From assembly GCA_963801355.1 (NCBI GenBank), contig CAWDEM010000008.1, positions 1,056,001 through 1,120,000 on the forward strand: a stretch of 64,000 bases of DNA, in the 5' to 3' direction. Of the stretch, positions 42,018 through 50,442 are shown in pieces. The notes beneath the pieces were generated by a model. It had not been told where the DNA came from. It was given only the letters and a program-made list of their open reading frames with translations, and ran no database searches. The number at the start of each line of letters is the position of its first letter. The first letter of the stretch is position 1. Source of the DNA: Ignavibacteriota bacterium. Its GTDB lineage: Bacteria; Bacteroidota; Ignavibacteria; UBA10030; UBA6906. The position numbers and the translations under genes are program-made.

Positions 42018-43058
42018 TCATATGATGTCAAATCGATATATTCGTCCTGTAAAGGTTAGAGCCCAGCAGGTGGACTGATCAACCAAACAGATGTCCACAA
42101 ATAGGGCATGAGGTAATGCGAGCTGATAGGTCCAGTGTTCCCCTCCGTCTTCCGTGTAGAGAATCCCAGCAGAACTCGCCCCCCATCCAACGCGGTCATT
42201 CAAAAATGCGACTGCCCTGATGAACTCATTCTCGGGAGTTCGTTGAACAGTCCATGTCTTCCCCGCATCCGTTGTGCAGATCACAGGCGTCGGATGGACG
42301 ACAGTCCCGCCGAGGCCCGTAGTCCCCGCAATCCATCCCTTGAATCGGTTGACGAAACAGATATCATCAAAAATTGCAACGACCTGGGAACCGTAGTCGA
42401 GAGAGTCGAGCAATAGTGACTTCCAGTTGTTCCCGGCATCTGTCGTATGCAATACCACCCTGTTCGTAGCGGTTGCCCATCCTTCCTGAGAATCCAGGAA
42501 CTGAACCGATGTGATGCCCCAGCTTGTACCGCTGACTTGCGGGACCCATGTCGAGCCCCCGTTTTCGGTGTGCAGTATCCCACCGAAATTGTCCACCACC
42601 CATCCCGCATTTTCGTCGACGAATGACATGGCCATGAATGTTCTGCGAGATTCGCCGGCGGGTCGATGCCACGTCCATGTAGCTCCGCCATCCGTGCTGA
42701 CTCCGAGCGAGTTGTCCGCCCCTCCAATCCAACCTTTTTGCGGACCAGGATAGTCTACCCAACCTTTCCGCGGATTCGGGAAGTTGACACACTTCAGAGA
42801 GACAAGCGTTCCACTTTGTTGAGCGTGCCATGAATTCCCGCCATCGCTCGTGATGAGAACTCTCCCGGAGTCGCCGACGGCCCATCCGTTGTTCCGGTCA
42901 GCAAACCACAGGCCGTTGAAATAGCCCGTTTGAGCTTCGCGAACCAGCTTCCACTCGCTCAGTGTCGGATCCGGCCCCGTAAGACGCGAGCATCCTGCGC
43001 TCAGCACCAACAGGCCGATACACAGAAGGATCTTCGTCGTGTGATTCACTTGCGACAT
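42018..43058 (-). CDS. YCF48-like/BNR-repeat beta-propeller lipoprotein
   Basis: Repeated GW...TxDGGxxW units; SAGC lipobox. Confidence 0.85.
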   Translation of the reverse strand: MSQVNHTTKILLCIGLLVLSAGCSRLTGPDPTLSEWKLVREAQTGYFNGLWFADRNNGWAVGDSGRVLITSDGGNSWHAQQSGTLVSLKCVNFPNPRKGWVDYPGPQKGWIGGADNSLGVSTDGGATWTWHRPAGESRRTFMAMSFVDENAGWVVDNFGGILHTENGGSTWVPQVSGTSWGITSVQFLDSQEGWATATNRVVLHTTDAGNNWKSLLLDSLDYGSQVVAIFDDICFVNRFKGWIAGTTGLGGTVVHPTPVICTTDAGKTWTVQRTPENEFIRAVAFLNDRVGWGASSAGILYTEDGGEHWTYQLALPHALFVDICLVDQSTCWALTFTGRIYRFDII

Positions 43059-43072
43059 GACGTCAAATACCC

Positions 43073-43564
43073 CTATCTGGTCTGAAAAAGGTAAAGTGTG
43101 TCCAGATTAGGGATGGAGAACGCCAAACACTTGTATCGCCCGAATGAGGGGACGCCCAAACCGTATGTGAATTGAACAAGCCAGGCATCTCTCCCATTGA
43201 ATGTCGCTCTCTCGGCATAGGTAGGCAAGATATACTCCCCGGGATTCTTGCAGCCGGCCCGCGTCAGTATTTTATCCATGATCGACACATCTTCGCGCAG
43301 CGCGGTAATCCTGGCGAGCATGTTGTCGACGAGATGCGTCCTTCGCTGCTCGGTATAGTTCTTGCTGAACGCCGAAGCGATATTGTGCAATGAGACGGTG
43401 TCCGGGAAGAGTTTTCGAAGGCTTTCGTGGTCGTAATTCGTAGTCGACACCCTGACGGTCACTTCAACGCCGTCTGCGACATCTATCGGACCGAGGTCAT
43501 TGCACCTCACGGAAATAAAGAGGAGGAAAGTCAAGACACCCAGGATGCCGGCAGACGGTTTCAA
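43073..43564 (-). CDS. Hypothetical lipoprotein
   Basis: Signal peptide ending in Cys; same orientation as its neighbours. Confidence 0.55.
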   Translation of the reverse strand: MKPSAGILGVLTFLLFISVRCNDLGPIDVADGVEVTVRVSTTNYDHESLRKLFPDTVSLHNIASAFSKNYTEQRRTHLVDNMLARITALREDVSIMDKILTRAGCKNPGEYILPTYAERATFNGRDAWLVQFTYGLGVPSFGRYKCLAFSIPNLDTLYLFQTR

Positions 43565-43609
43565 TGAATTAGGCTCCTACTATCAAAACGCACAAGTCGG
43601 CCCTATCCC

Positions 43610-44119
43610 CTAATCCACGCCGAGGTCCTTTGTCGTTTTCCGAACCCAGCGTGGAGCCGAATCGGTCTTCTGCCTGAGTATCAGATTCAGCTGGCCGGTA
43701 TGATGCTGGACGTGCCGCATGTTGTAGAGCAGAAGCTCCGCCACACTGAGTTCCAGCCAGCTGAAGCCGCAACGTCGGTTCGCTAGCTCTTCTGTCAGGG
43801 CTGCAATAGTTGCACGACATTTTTCGCGCCCATGCTCCAGGTACTTCTGCAGCTCGTCTTTCGTGTACACCCGGTCGGGTAACAATCCGCGCTCATCGAG
43901 TTCGTCGAGCGTGAAGGGAGAGGGAGGTGAAAACCCAGTCTCAGATTCGGATAAGTAGCAGTCCAGATAGAAGAGTGTGTGGAACGCCACGTACCAGAAC
44001 TCCGGCTGCTTGGAACGATCCCCCCAGACCGCTTCGGGGCATACGCGCATTGCGTTTTCCAGCATATCGATCGCTGCCCCGAATTGCTGCCAGATCAGTG
44101 TCTTCCAGGTCGTGTCCAC
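43610..44119 (-). CDS. DinB family protein
   Basis: GTG 44119 with AAGGAG; QFGAAIDML, FWYVAFH and YNMRHVQHHTGQL motifs. Confidence 0.85.
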   Translation of the reverse strand: MDTTWKTLIWQQFGAAIDMLENAMRVCPEAVWGDRSKQPEFWYVAFHTLFYLDCYLSESETGFSPPSPFTLDELDERGLLPDRVYTKDELQKYLEHGREKCRATIAALTEELANRRCGFSWLELSVAELLLYNMRHVQHHTGQLNLILRQKTDSAPRWVRKTTKDLGVD

Positions 44120-44171
44120 TTGAGGCTCCTTTTTAGCGTGCTCAGAACCACCGATGTCAGAAAGGTTTCCG

Positions 44172-44564
44172 TCACGTCGGATGAGTGACGGCTTTCCGCT
44201 CAGTGAGGAGTACTCCGATGAATCCCAGCGCAAGAAGGAACTCGATCGCTGCGGTCACAAGAATACCCGATCCTGCGCGCCCAGCGGTGAATTCGTAGAC
44301 TCCAAGTACGACCAAGAATGACAATGCGACCAGCGTTCCGGCACTAAGAGCCTTGCGGGCAACCGACACGGGCGCGGACCTGGCAAGGAAATACATGAGC
44401 GAAAGACCAAGATAAACTCCCCCTATTCGTCTCCCAACCAGTAGAACGCTGTCCGTAGGCTCGAGTTGCCAGCGTCCCAACACGAGCGATCCGGCGAACA
44501 GGTACCCAACACCGAGCACCAAAGTAACAATGCCTGTAATGACTGCCATGGTCTTGAAGTTCAT
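44172..44564 (-). CDS. Hypothetical membrane protein (4 TM)
   Basis: ATG 44564 with AAGGAG; four hydrophobic segments. Confidence 0.65.
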   Translation of the reverse strand: MNFKTMAVITGIVTLVLGVGYLFAGSLVLGRWQLEPTDSVLLVGRRIGGVYLGLSLMYFLARSAPVSVARKALSAGTLVALSFLVVLGVYEFTAGRAGSGILVTAAIEFLLALGFIGVLLTERKAVTHPT

Positions 44565-44689
44565 GGCGTCTCCTTTCGATTCTGCTTTGACGGCTGACCT
44601 GTGCTGACGTCTGAGAGTACTCACAAACTACGAGATTGTCAATTCCGTGAATGGCAGTCCTTCACCGTTTGTCCTTTACCGATCCTCAG

Positions 44690-44744
44690 GGGGGCATCTC
44701 AGGGGGGCATCTCGGGGGATGGCATCTCGGGGGATGGCATCCCC
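44690..44744. repeat. Short degenerate tandem repeat (ggcatctc-ggggg x4) between divergent genes
   Basis: ggggcatctcaggggggcatctcgggggatggcatctcgggggatggcatcccc. Confidence 0.75.
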
Positions 44745-44833
44745 GCAGAGCGTTTCTTGCATTTCACGATCCCGATGCATATTATTTCCGCATAGGCACT
44801 CCACACTCGACTCACAATCCGCGCCGGATCCCC

Positions 44834-45778
44834 ATGAAAACCCTCATCTGTTTCACTGCCCTACTGCTCATCTCGGCACCATTACAGGCCCAGTCACCGG
44901 TCAAAAAGGACCTCATGAAGCTCCTGGGCGAGGTTCCAACTCCTCCCCCCAATGCAAAGGAAGCCTATCGCGGGGTGACCTGTGAAGAATCGGCCATGAA
45001 CACTCTGACGTGCACCGCCGCAAAGAAATTTGAGGCTGTCGACGCCCAGCTCAAAGAAATCGAGGCCAAATACAAGGCACAGGAGGCTGAGCTAAAGGGC
45101 GCCGTGCCCCCGGGCATGTCACCGGACCTTGCGAAGCGGGCACAGGATCCGGAGTTCAAGAAGAAAATGAAGGGCATGAGCAAGGAAGAGAAGATGAAGA
45201 TGGCGATGGAGATGATGGGCTCCGGGCAGGTGGCCGCCCCCACCGTGGAACCAGAACCTCCTGCAGTGAAAAGCGCGGTTGACGAGTTGTTCAAAATAAA
45301 TGCCGGAACCCAGGAGGAGTACAATCGGTCGGTCGCTGAACAGGAGGCTGACCGGAAAGCGGAACAGGAGTACCTCGCGGCGCATCAGCAGGTCGGCACC
45401 TGGGAAGCCGATGCGATTGCCAAGCTCCCCAGAATCAGCAGCGGAGAAATGAGCGCCCCTGACCCCGCCCAGGTGAAGGTAGTCCGCCTGAAGGCCAACG
45501 ATCGTCACATCAGCGTAGTGGACCGGCGTCTCGCGCAACTCAGCAAAGAGTGGCCCGCGCGGAAGGCGCACATCACCGCCCGCTACGGCGTATTCCACGA
45601 AAAACTCGTTGCGGCGGACTATGCTGCAGGGGCAAAGAATTTCTCGACCAGGAAGACCCTCTCCGACGTACAGATAACTTTGTTGACGTCCATCGGCGGG
45701 ATCGCGCAGCAGTCACGCCATGCCTATGAGGAAGCAGCACACTGGGTGGCTCTTCGCAAGCAGATCGAAAAGGAATGA
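44834..45778 (+). CDS. Exported alpha-helical hypothetical protein
   Basis: MKTLICFTALLLISAPLQA signal peptide; Met/Lys-rich helix. Confidence 0.7.
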   Translation: MKTLICFTALLLISAPLQAQSPVKKDLMKLLGEVPTPPPNAKEAYRGVTCEESAMNTLTCTAAKKFEAVDAQLKEIEAKYKAQEAELKGAVPPGMSPDLAKRAQDPEFKKKMKGMSKEEKMKMAMEMMGSGQVAAPTVEPEPPAVKSAVDELFKINAGTQEEYNRSVAEQEADRKAEQEYLAAHQQVGTWEADAIAKLPRISSGEMSAPDPAQVKVVRLKANDRHISVVDRRLAQLSKEWPARKAHITARYGVFHEKLVAADYAAGAKNFSTRKTLSDVQITLLTSIGGIAQQSRHAYEEAAHWVALRKQIEKE

Positions 45779-46114
45779 TCCTCAGGGTCCGGTGATGAAT
45801 ACCGGGCCCTTCTGTTCAACTTCATCAACCAGCGTCTATCGGACGAGGAGGAGCTTCTTCGTGTCAATATATGGGCCTGCTCCGTTCTTGGAGTCTCGCC
45901 CGACGGCGGAGTCCAGAGGGCGGATCTGCATCCTACACAGGTAGACGCCGCTTGCGAGCCCCGACGCATCGAACTTCAACTTGTGCACCCCCGCCTCCTT
46001 GCTCTCATCCACCAACACCGAGACCTCCCGACCGAGAATGTCGTAAACGACGAGCCGCACCATGCCGGCCACCGGCAACTGATAGCTGATGACTGTCGTC
46101 GGATTGAACGGGTT
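45727..46114. repeat. ~390 bp direct repeat, copy 1 (copy 2 at 50055-50442)
   Basis: Near-identical sequence at offset 4328, covering the upstream gene's 3' end, the terminator and the T9SS CTD. Confidence 0.9.
45784..45810. terminator. Bidirectional terminator hairpin between convergent genes (copy at 50112-50138)
   Basis: agggtccggt-gatgaat-accgggccct. Confidence 0.65.
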
Positions 46115-49100
46115 GGGGTAGTTCTGTGCCAGCATGTACTCTGAAGGCGTGCCCGCAACGCCCCCCGGGGCCGAGGAAAGTGGGCTGGACCATCCCTGCC
46201 GCCATTGGACATCTTTCTGGTTGCCGTTGTTCTTGTTGGGTGACCTGTCCGCCACCAGGCTCCCGCTACCCTCATCGAAACGCCAGTTACCTACGAGGCC
46301 GGCTTCGTCTCCACGAAGTGTATCATGCATTGCGGCTTGTATTTCCGACTGCGTTCTGGCTATGTTCCAGATTCTCAGCTCGTCGATCATTCCATCAAAC
46401 GTCCGCGTGCGGTCGCTGTTGTTTCCGATGACGAGCGGACTGGAAGAACTGCTAATCAGGGGTCCATTGATTGGATCGGGCACATTGAGATTCTGTGGAA
46501 TTCCGTTGACGTAGACCTTCAGATCGCTCGTGGTCCCGGAGTAGCTGGCGGCAATGTGCTGCCAGTCGTTGAGCGTGATCGAGCCGAGTGAGGTGTTCGT
46601 TCTTGAGCTGGTGCCATTGGAGTGATCGATGCTGACCACCAGCATTCCGCCGGTCTCGAGGAAAACGAGAAGATTGTTCTTGTTGATGACCCTGCCGAAG
46701 CCGCTCCCCGCTTCTCCCCATCCGATGGGATGGATCCAGGCTTCGACCGTGAATGCGCTCGTCACATTAAGGCTCGCGGCCGCCGGGACATCAACATAAC
46801 TGTTCTTGCCGTCGAACTTGAGCGAGCTGTTGCCGTCGAAGACATGTACAAAACCATCCCTCGTCCGCTCCGAAAAGGAAGCCCCTCCCCCTGACCGCAG
46901 TTTCACGGTGTAGGTGCCCGGTGATGCGTAAAGGTGGTTGGGGTTCTGAGTCGTTGCGTCCATCATTCCGTCGTTCTCAAAGTCCCATTCCCAGGCTGTC
47001 ACAGGAAGGTTTGACACTGTCCCGTCATTGAACGTGACAGAGAGCGGCGCATGCCCTGTAGCCACGGCAGAACGGAAATCCGCGACCAGGTAGTCGAGAT
47101 CGACCTGCAGGCCAAAAAACCGGGCTACTTTAAGCAGGAGTCCGTACCGGTTGCTCAACGTGTCTTTGTCGACGAGTTCCGCGAGCGCGTAGGAAGAATA
47201 GAAGGTCTTTTGCCCGAAGCTCCCCTCATTCTGCACTGCAACTGTCCCGTAGCCTGTCTCTACAAATGCAGCGACCGCGGTTCCGGTGGGGGTGAATCGT
47301 CCAATGTAACTAAACGCGGTCTGGTTCGACGCAGTGAACGTCATGCCCGCTGTCAGCGCGTTCGGCTGGCCTACGAGGGCCGACAAGGGCGATTTCGCAG
47401 CCGTTCCCACGTTCAGTCCGGTGAGTCCGAAGAGTCCCACCAGAGTGGGGTCGTCGTCCTGATCGGCGGTCAACGAACCGCTCCCTTCCAGATAGACTTT
47501 TCCTCCACCCTGCAGGTAGCTCTTCACGGTGACGGCCATGCTATCGTCGAACAGGCGCAGAAAGCTCCCGACTGTTCCGTAGGAGAGGAACGCCGCGCTG
47601 AATCCTTCGAGAGTTGTGGGGAACGAGTTGGAGTACACCACCGGTACTCCCTTCGATTCGAAGAGGTCGGCTGTGAATCGCCCGCTGAAGTCTCGAGCCT
47701 CGGGAATGGCCTCCCAAACGAAGACCCCTGGACCTGAAACAAACACAGGTACCTCAAGCGAGCTCCCGTAAGCGACAGGCACATCCGAGGCCACCTGAAG
47801 GATCAATGAGGATGTGTGAGAGTGGGCCGTAGGCGAGACGAGCACTTGAAACGTATGTTCCAATTGGGAATTCCCATCAGGGGCGATGGAATCGACGGCC
47901 ACCGGGTTCAGGATCTGGAACGCAGAATCAGCGGACGTAAGAGTGAACGTCGCATTGTTCGTGGAAACGAGATGCGCGAAGTTCCTGATCGTGAATTGGA
48001 ACGAAGCCGTGTCACCCGGAATTAAGGTTCGAACGTACCTAATGTTGAAGTACTGAGGGCCCGGGACAAGATCCAACCTCAACGCTTGCTGCATTGTGGC
48101 CGTTGTTTCGCTCAGCGCCCGAAAGGCATTGATTCGCCCGGCACCGAGGGGGACACTGTTGACGGATGATATATCATCTGCAGTGGCAAGGAGCTGCCGG
48201 ATGATGCGATCATTGTCCCACGTCGGCCGGTACGATTTGATCAGCCCCAGCAGGCCCGCTACGAGGGGACCTGCCATTGATGTTCCCTGTTCGCGAATAT
48301 ATGTGCCATTCGGTCCCGCACTCAGGATCCCACCGTCATTCATCGATGAAAGCATCCCCCCCGGAGCGGCGATGTCTACAGCGATCCCGTAGGTTGAGTA
48401 TGTGGCCCTTCGGTCATCAACTCCTACGCTTGCGACTGAGATGACATGTGGATAGGCTGAAGGATATTGGAGGAATGCGTTGTTCTCGTTGCCGGCGGAG
48501 GCCACGAAGATGGCTCCCAGACCATGCACGTATGCGACCACATCTTCTCCGAATCGCGTATAGGTCGGACTCCCCCAGCTGTTATTGATGATGTGCGCTC
48601 CGTTTTCCACGGCATATACGACCCCGTCGTACGGGTTGGGCAGATTGCTGCCATTCCACGAGCTGATCGGCATCACCTTCACGTTCCAGCTGATGCTCGC
48701 AATGCCGCTTCCATTATTCGTTACACCGGCAGCAATGCCTGCGACATGAGTTCCGTGGGCCTGACCGGTGTTGGGATCATTGTCATCGCCGTAGACATCC
48801 CAACCTATCAGATCATCGCGGCGCCCGTTGCCATCGTCATCTACGCCGTTCAGATCCCCCGGGTCCATTATCCATCTCGTTCCGTTGAATTCCAGCGTCC
48901 GGCCGTCGTGATCTGCATCCTCCCCTTTGTTCTGCCAAATATTCTCCGCGAGGTCCGGATGATACCATTCCGTGCCGGCATCAACTACGGCAACGACGAT
49001 CACGGAGTCGCCGAGGTCCCCTTTGTGAATAGCCCAGGCCTGTTCGGCCTGAATTTGCGGGAGATGCTGAAGTTGCGCGTAGAGTGAGTCGTTCGGGATG

Positions 49101-49519
49101 TCATCAGGATAAAAACACGGGATCGGTTCCGCATACTCGATTCCTGGATCGGCTCCGAAGGCTTCCACAACTTCACGAAGGTTTTGTACAGGAGGGAACG
49201 ATATGCGGCTGATGCGGGAGAGGTCCGGGAGGTTGGGTCCGGTCCGGACGCGCGATTGGTGAAACATCCGCTCAACCGCTGTCACCCGGTAGCGCGCGCA
49301 CAGCGCATCGACAGAGGGAACGCCAGTCAGTGCAATACTCCCCGGTTTTGCCAGGCCGCCTATCACCTGCCTGAACTTGACGGCAATGACGCCACTCTGG
49401 TAGAGCGGCCTTCCCCTCTCGTCTTTCGCAACAGAGTTATCCTGAGAGAGGGCAGGCCCATCCGCCAGAAAGAACAGAAAGCCACAGAAGACTCCCCATC
49501 GACAGTTCACGTGCAGCAT
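45836..49519 (-). CDS. S8 subtilase with PKD, LamG-like domain and T9SS CTD
   Basis: VAVVDAG, HGTHVAG, SAGN and GTSMAGP motifs; WEWDFENDG...Y..PGTYTV; FDGMIDELRIWN. Confidence 0.92.
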   Translation of the reverse strand: MLHVNCRWGVFCGFLFFLADGPALSQDNSVAKDERGRPLYQSGVIAVKFRQVIGGLAKPGSIALTGVPSVDALCARYRVTAVERMFHQSRVRTGPNLPDLSRISRISFPPVQNLREVVEAFGADPGIEYAEPIPCFYPDDIPNDSLYAQLQHLPQIQAEQAWAIHKGDLGDSVIVVAVVDAGTEWYHPDLAENIWQNKGEDADHDGRTLEFNGTRWIMDPGDLNGVDDDGNGRRDDLIGWDVYGDDNDPNTGQAHGTHVAGIAAGVTNNGSGIASISWNVKVMPISSWNGSNLPNPYDGVVYAVENGAHIINNSWGSPTYTRFGEDVVAYVHGLGAIFVASAGNENNAFLQYPSAYPHVISVASVGVDDRRATYSTYGIAVDIAAPGGMLSSMNDGGILSAGPNGTYIREQGTSMAGPLVAGLLGLIKSYRPTWDNDRIIRQLLATADDISSVNSVPLGAGRINAFRALSETTATMQQALRLDLVPGPQYFNIRYVRTLIPGDTASFQFTIRNFAHLVSTNNATFTLTSADSAFQILNPVAVDSIAPDGNSQLEHTFQVLVSPTAHSHTSSLILQVASDVPVAYGSSLEVPVFVSGPGVFVWEAIPEARDFSGRFTADLFESKGVPVVYSNSFPTTLEGFSAAFLSYGTVGSFLRLFDDSMAVTVKSYLQGGGKVYLEGSGSLTADQDDDPTLVGLFGLTGLNVGTAAKSPLSALVGQPNALTAGMTFTASNQTAFSYIGRFTPTGTAVAAFVETGYGTVAVQNEGSFGQKTFYSSYALAELVDKDTLSNRYGLLLKVARFFGLQVDLDYLVADFRSAVATGHAPLSVTFNDGTVSNLPVTAWEWDFENDGMMDATTQNPNHLYASPGTYTVKLRSGGGASFSERTRDGFVHVFDGNSSLKFDGKNSYVDVPAAASLNVTSAFTVEAWIHPIGWGEAGSGFGRVINKNNLLVFLETGGMLVVSIDHSNGTSSRTNTSLGSITLNDWQHIAASYSGTTSDLKVYVNGIPQNLNVPDPINGPLISSSSSPLVIGNNSDRTRTFDGMIDELRIWNIARTQSEIQAAMHDTLRGDEAGLVGNWRFDEGSGSLVADRSPNKNNGNQKDVQWRQGWSSPLSSAPGGVAGTPSEYMLAQNYPNPFNPTTVISYQLPVAGMVRLVVYDILGREVSVLVDESKEAGVHKLKFDASGLASGVYLCRMQIRPLDSAVGRDSKNGAGPYIDTKKLLLVR

Positions 49520-49929
49520 GACACACCTCCTTTGGAAATCCGCGGAAATTGGGAGTGAGTTCTGCCATCGATGACAGTGGCAAGAGTGAGGAGATCGGAA
49601 CAAGAAATCGGGATGAAGGCGTTCGTGAACCGACGAATATATAGAGAAGACGGACGCAGAACGATTTCTTGAGGGACAGCTGGGGAAACGGTATTGCCCG
49701 CGCGGTAAGACCTTCTTTTCGGCTACCCCTTGTGGAGGTACGATTCGTCAAGAACGATAGCCCGTTGAGCACAGATCCTTTCGAGATTGCCTGTGAAGAC
49801 CTCTCAGGGAAGCCGGGAGAGGCTCGTCAGCAATCGCCCTGCAAAGAACAGCAACAGAATAAACCGCAGACTCACAATAGTATGTACAACCGCTAACAGA
49901 TCATATTTGTTCCCCGAGGGAAGAAAGCC

Positions 49930-50106
49930 GACCAAATACAAGGAACAGGAGGCTGACCGGAAATCGGAGCAGGAGTACCTCACCGCGCATCAGCAGGTCG
50001 ACACCTGGGAAGCCGATGCGATTGCCAAGCTCCCCAGCATCAGCAGCGGAGATTTGAGGAAGCAGCACACTGGGTGGCTCTTCGCAAGCAGATCGAAAAG
50101 GAATGA
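49930..50106 (+). pseudogene. Deleted remnant of a duplicate of the 44834-45778 gene
   Basis: Contains KYK / EQEADRK.EQEYL.AHQQV.TWEADAIAKLP.ISSG / 3'-end blocks of that gene, joined by internal deletions. Confidence 0.8.
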
Positions 50107-50442
50107 TCCTAAGGGTCCGGTGATGAATACCGGGCCCTTCTGTTCAACTTCATCAACCAGCGTCTATCGGACGAGGAGGAACTTCTTCGTGTCAATATAT
50201 GGGCCTGCTCCGTTCTTGGAGTCTCGCCCGGCGGCGGAGGCCAGAGGGCGGACCTGCATCCTACAGAGGTAGACGCCGCTTGCGAGCCCTGACGCATCGA
50301 ACTTCAACTTGTGCACCCCCGCCTCCTTGCTCTCATCCACCAACACCGAGACCTCCCGACCGAGAATGTCGTAAACGACGAGCCGTACCATGCCGGCCGC
50401 CGGCAACTGAAAGCTGATGACTGTCGTCGGATTGAACGGGTT
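50055..50442. repeat. ~390 bp direct repeat, copy 2
   Basis: Matches 45727-46114. Confidence 0.9.

Noticed and set aside
40663-44564. Integron cassette array
   Set aside because: No attC-like RYYYAAC...GTTRRRY units between the genes and no integrase.
45727-50442. Diversity-generating retroelement template/variable repeat pair
   Set aside because: Differences between the copies are not confined to adenines, and no reverse transcriptase is present in the window.
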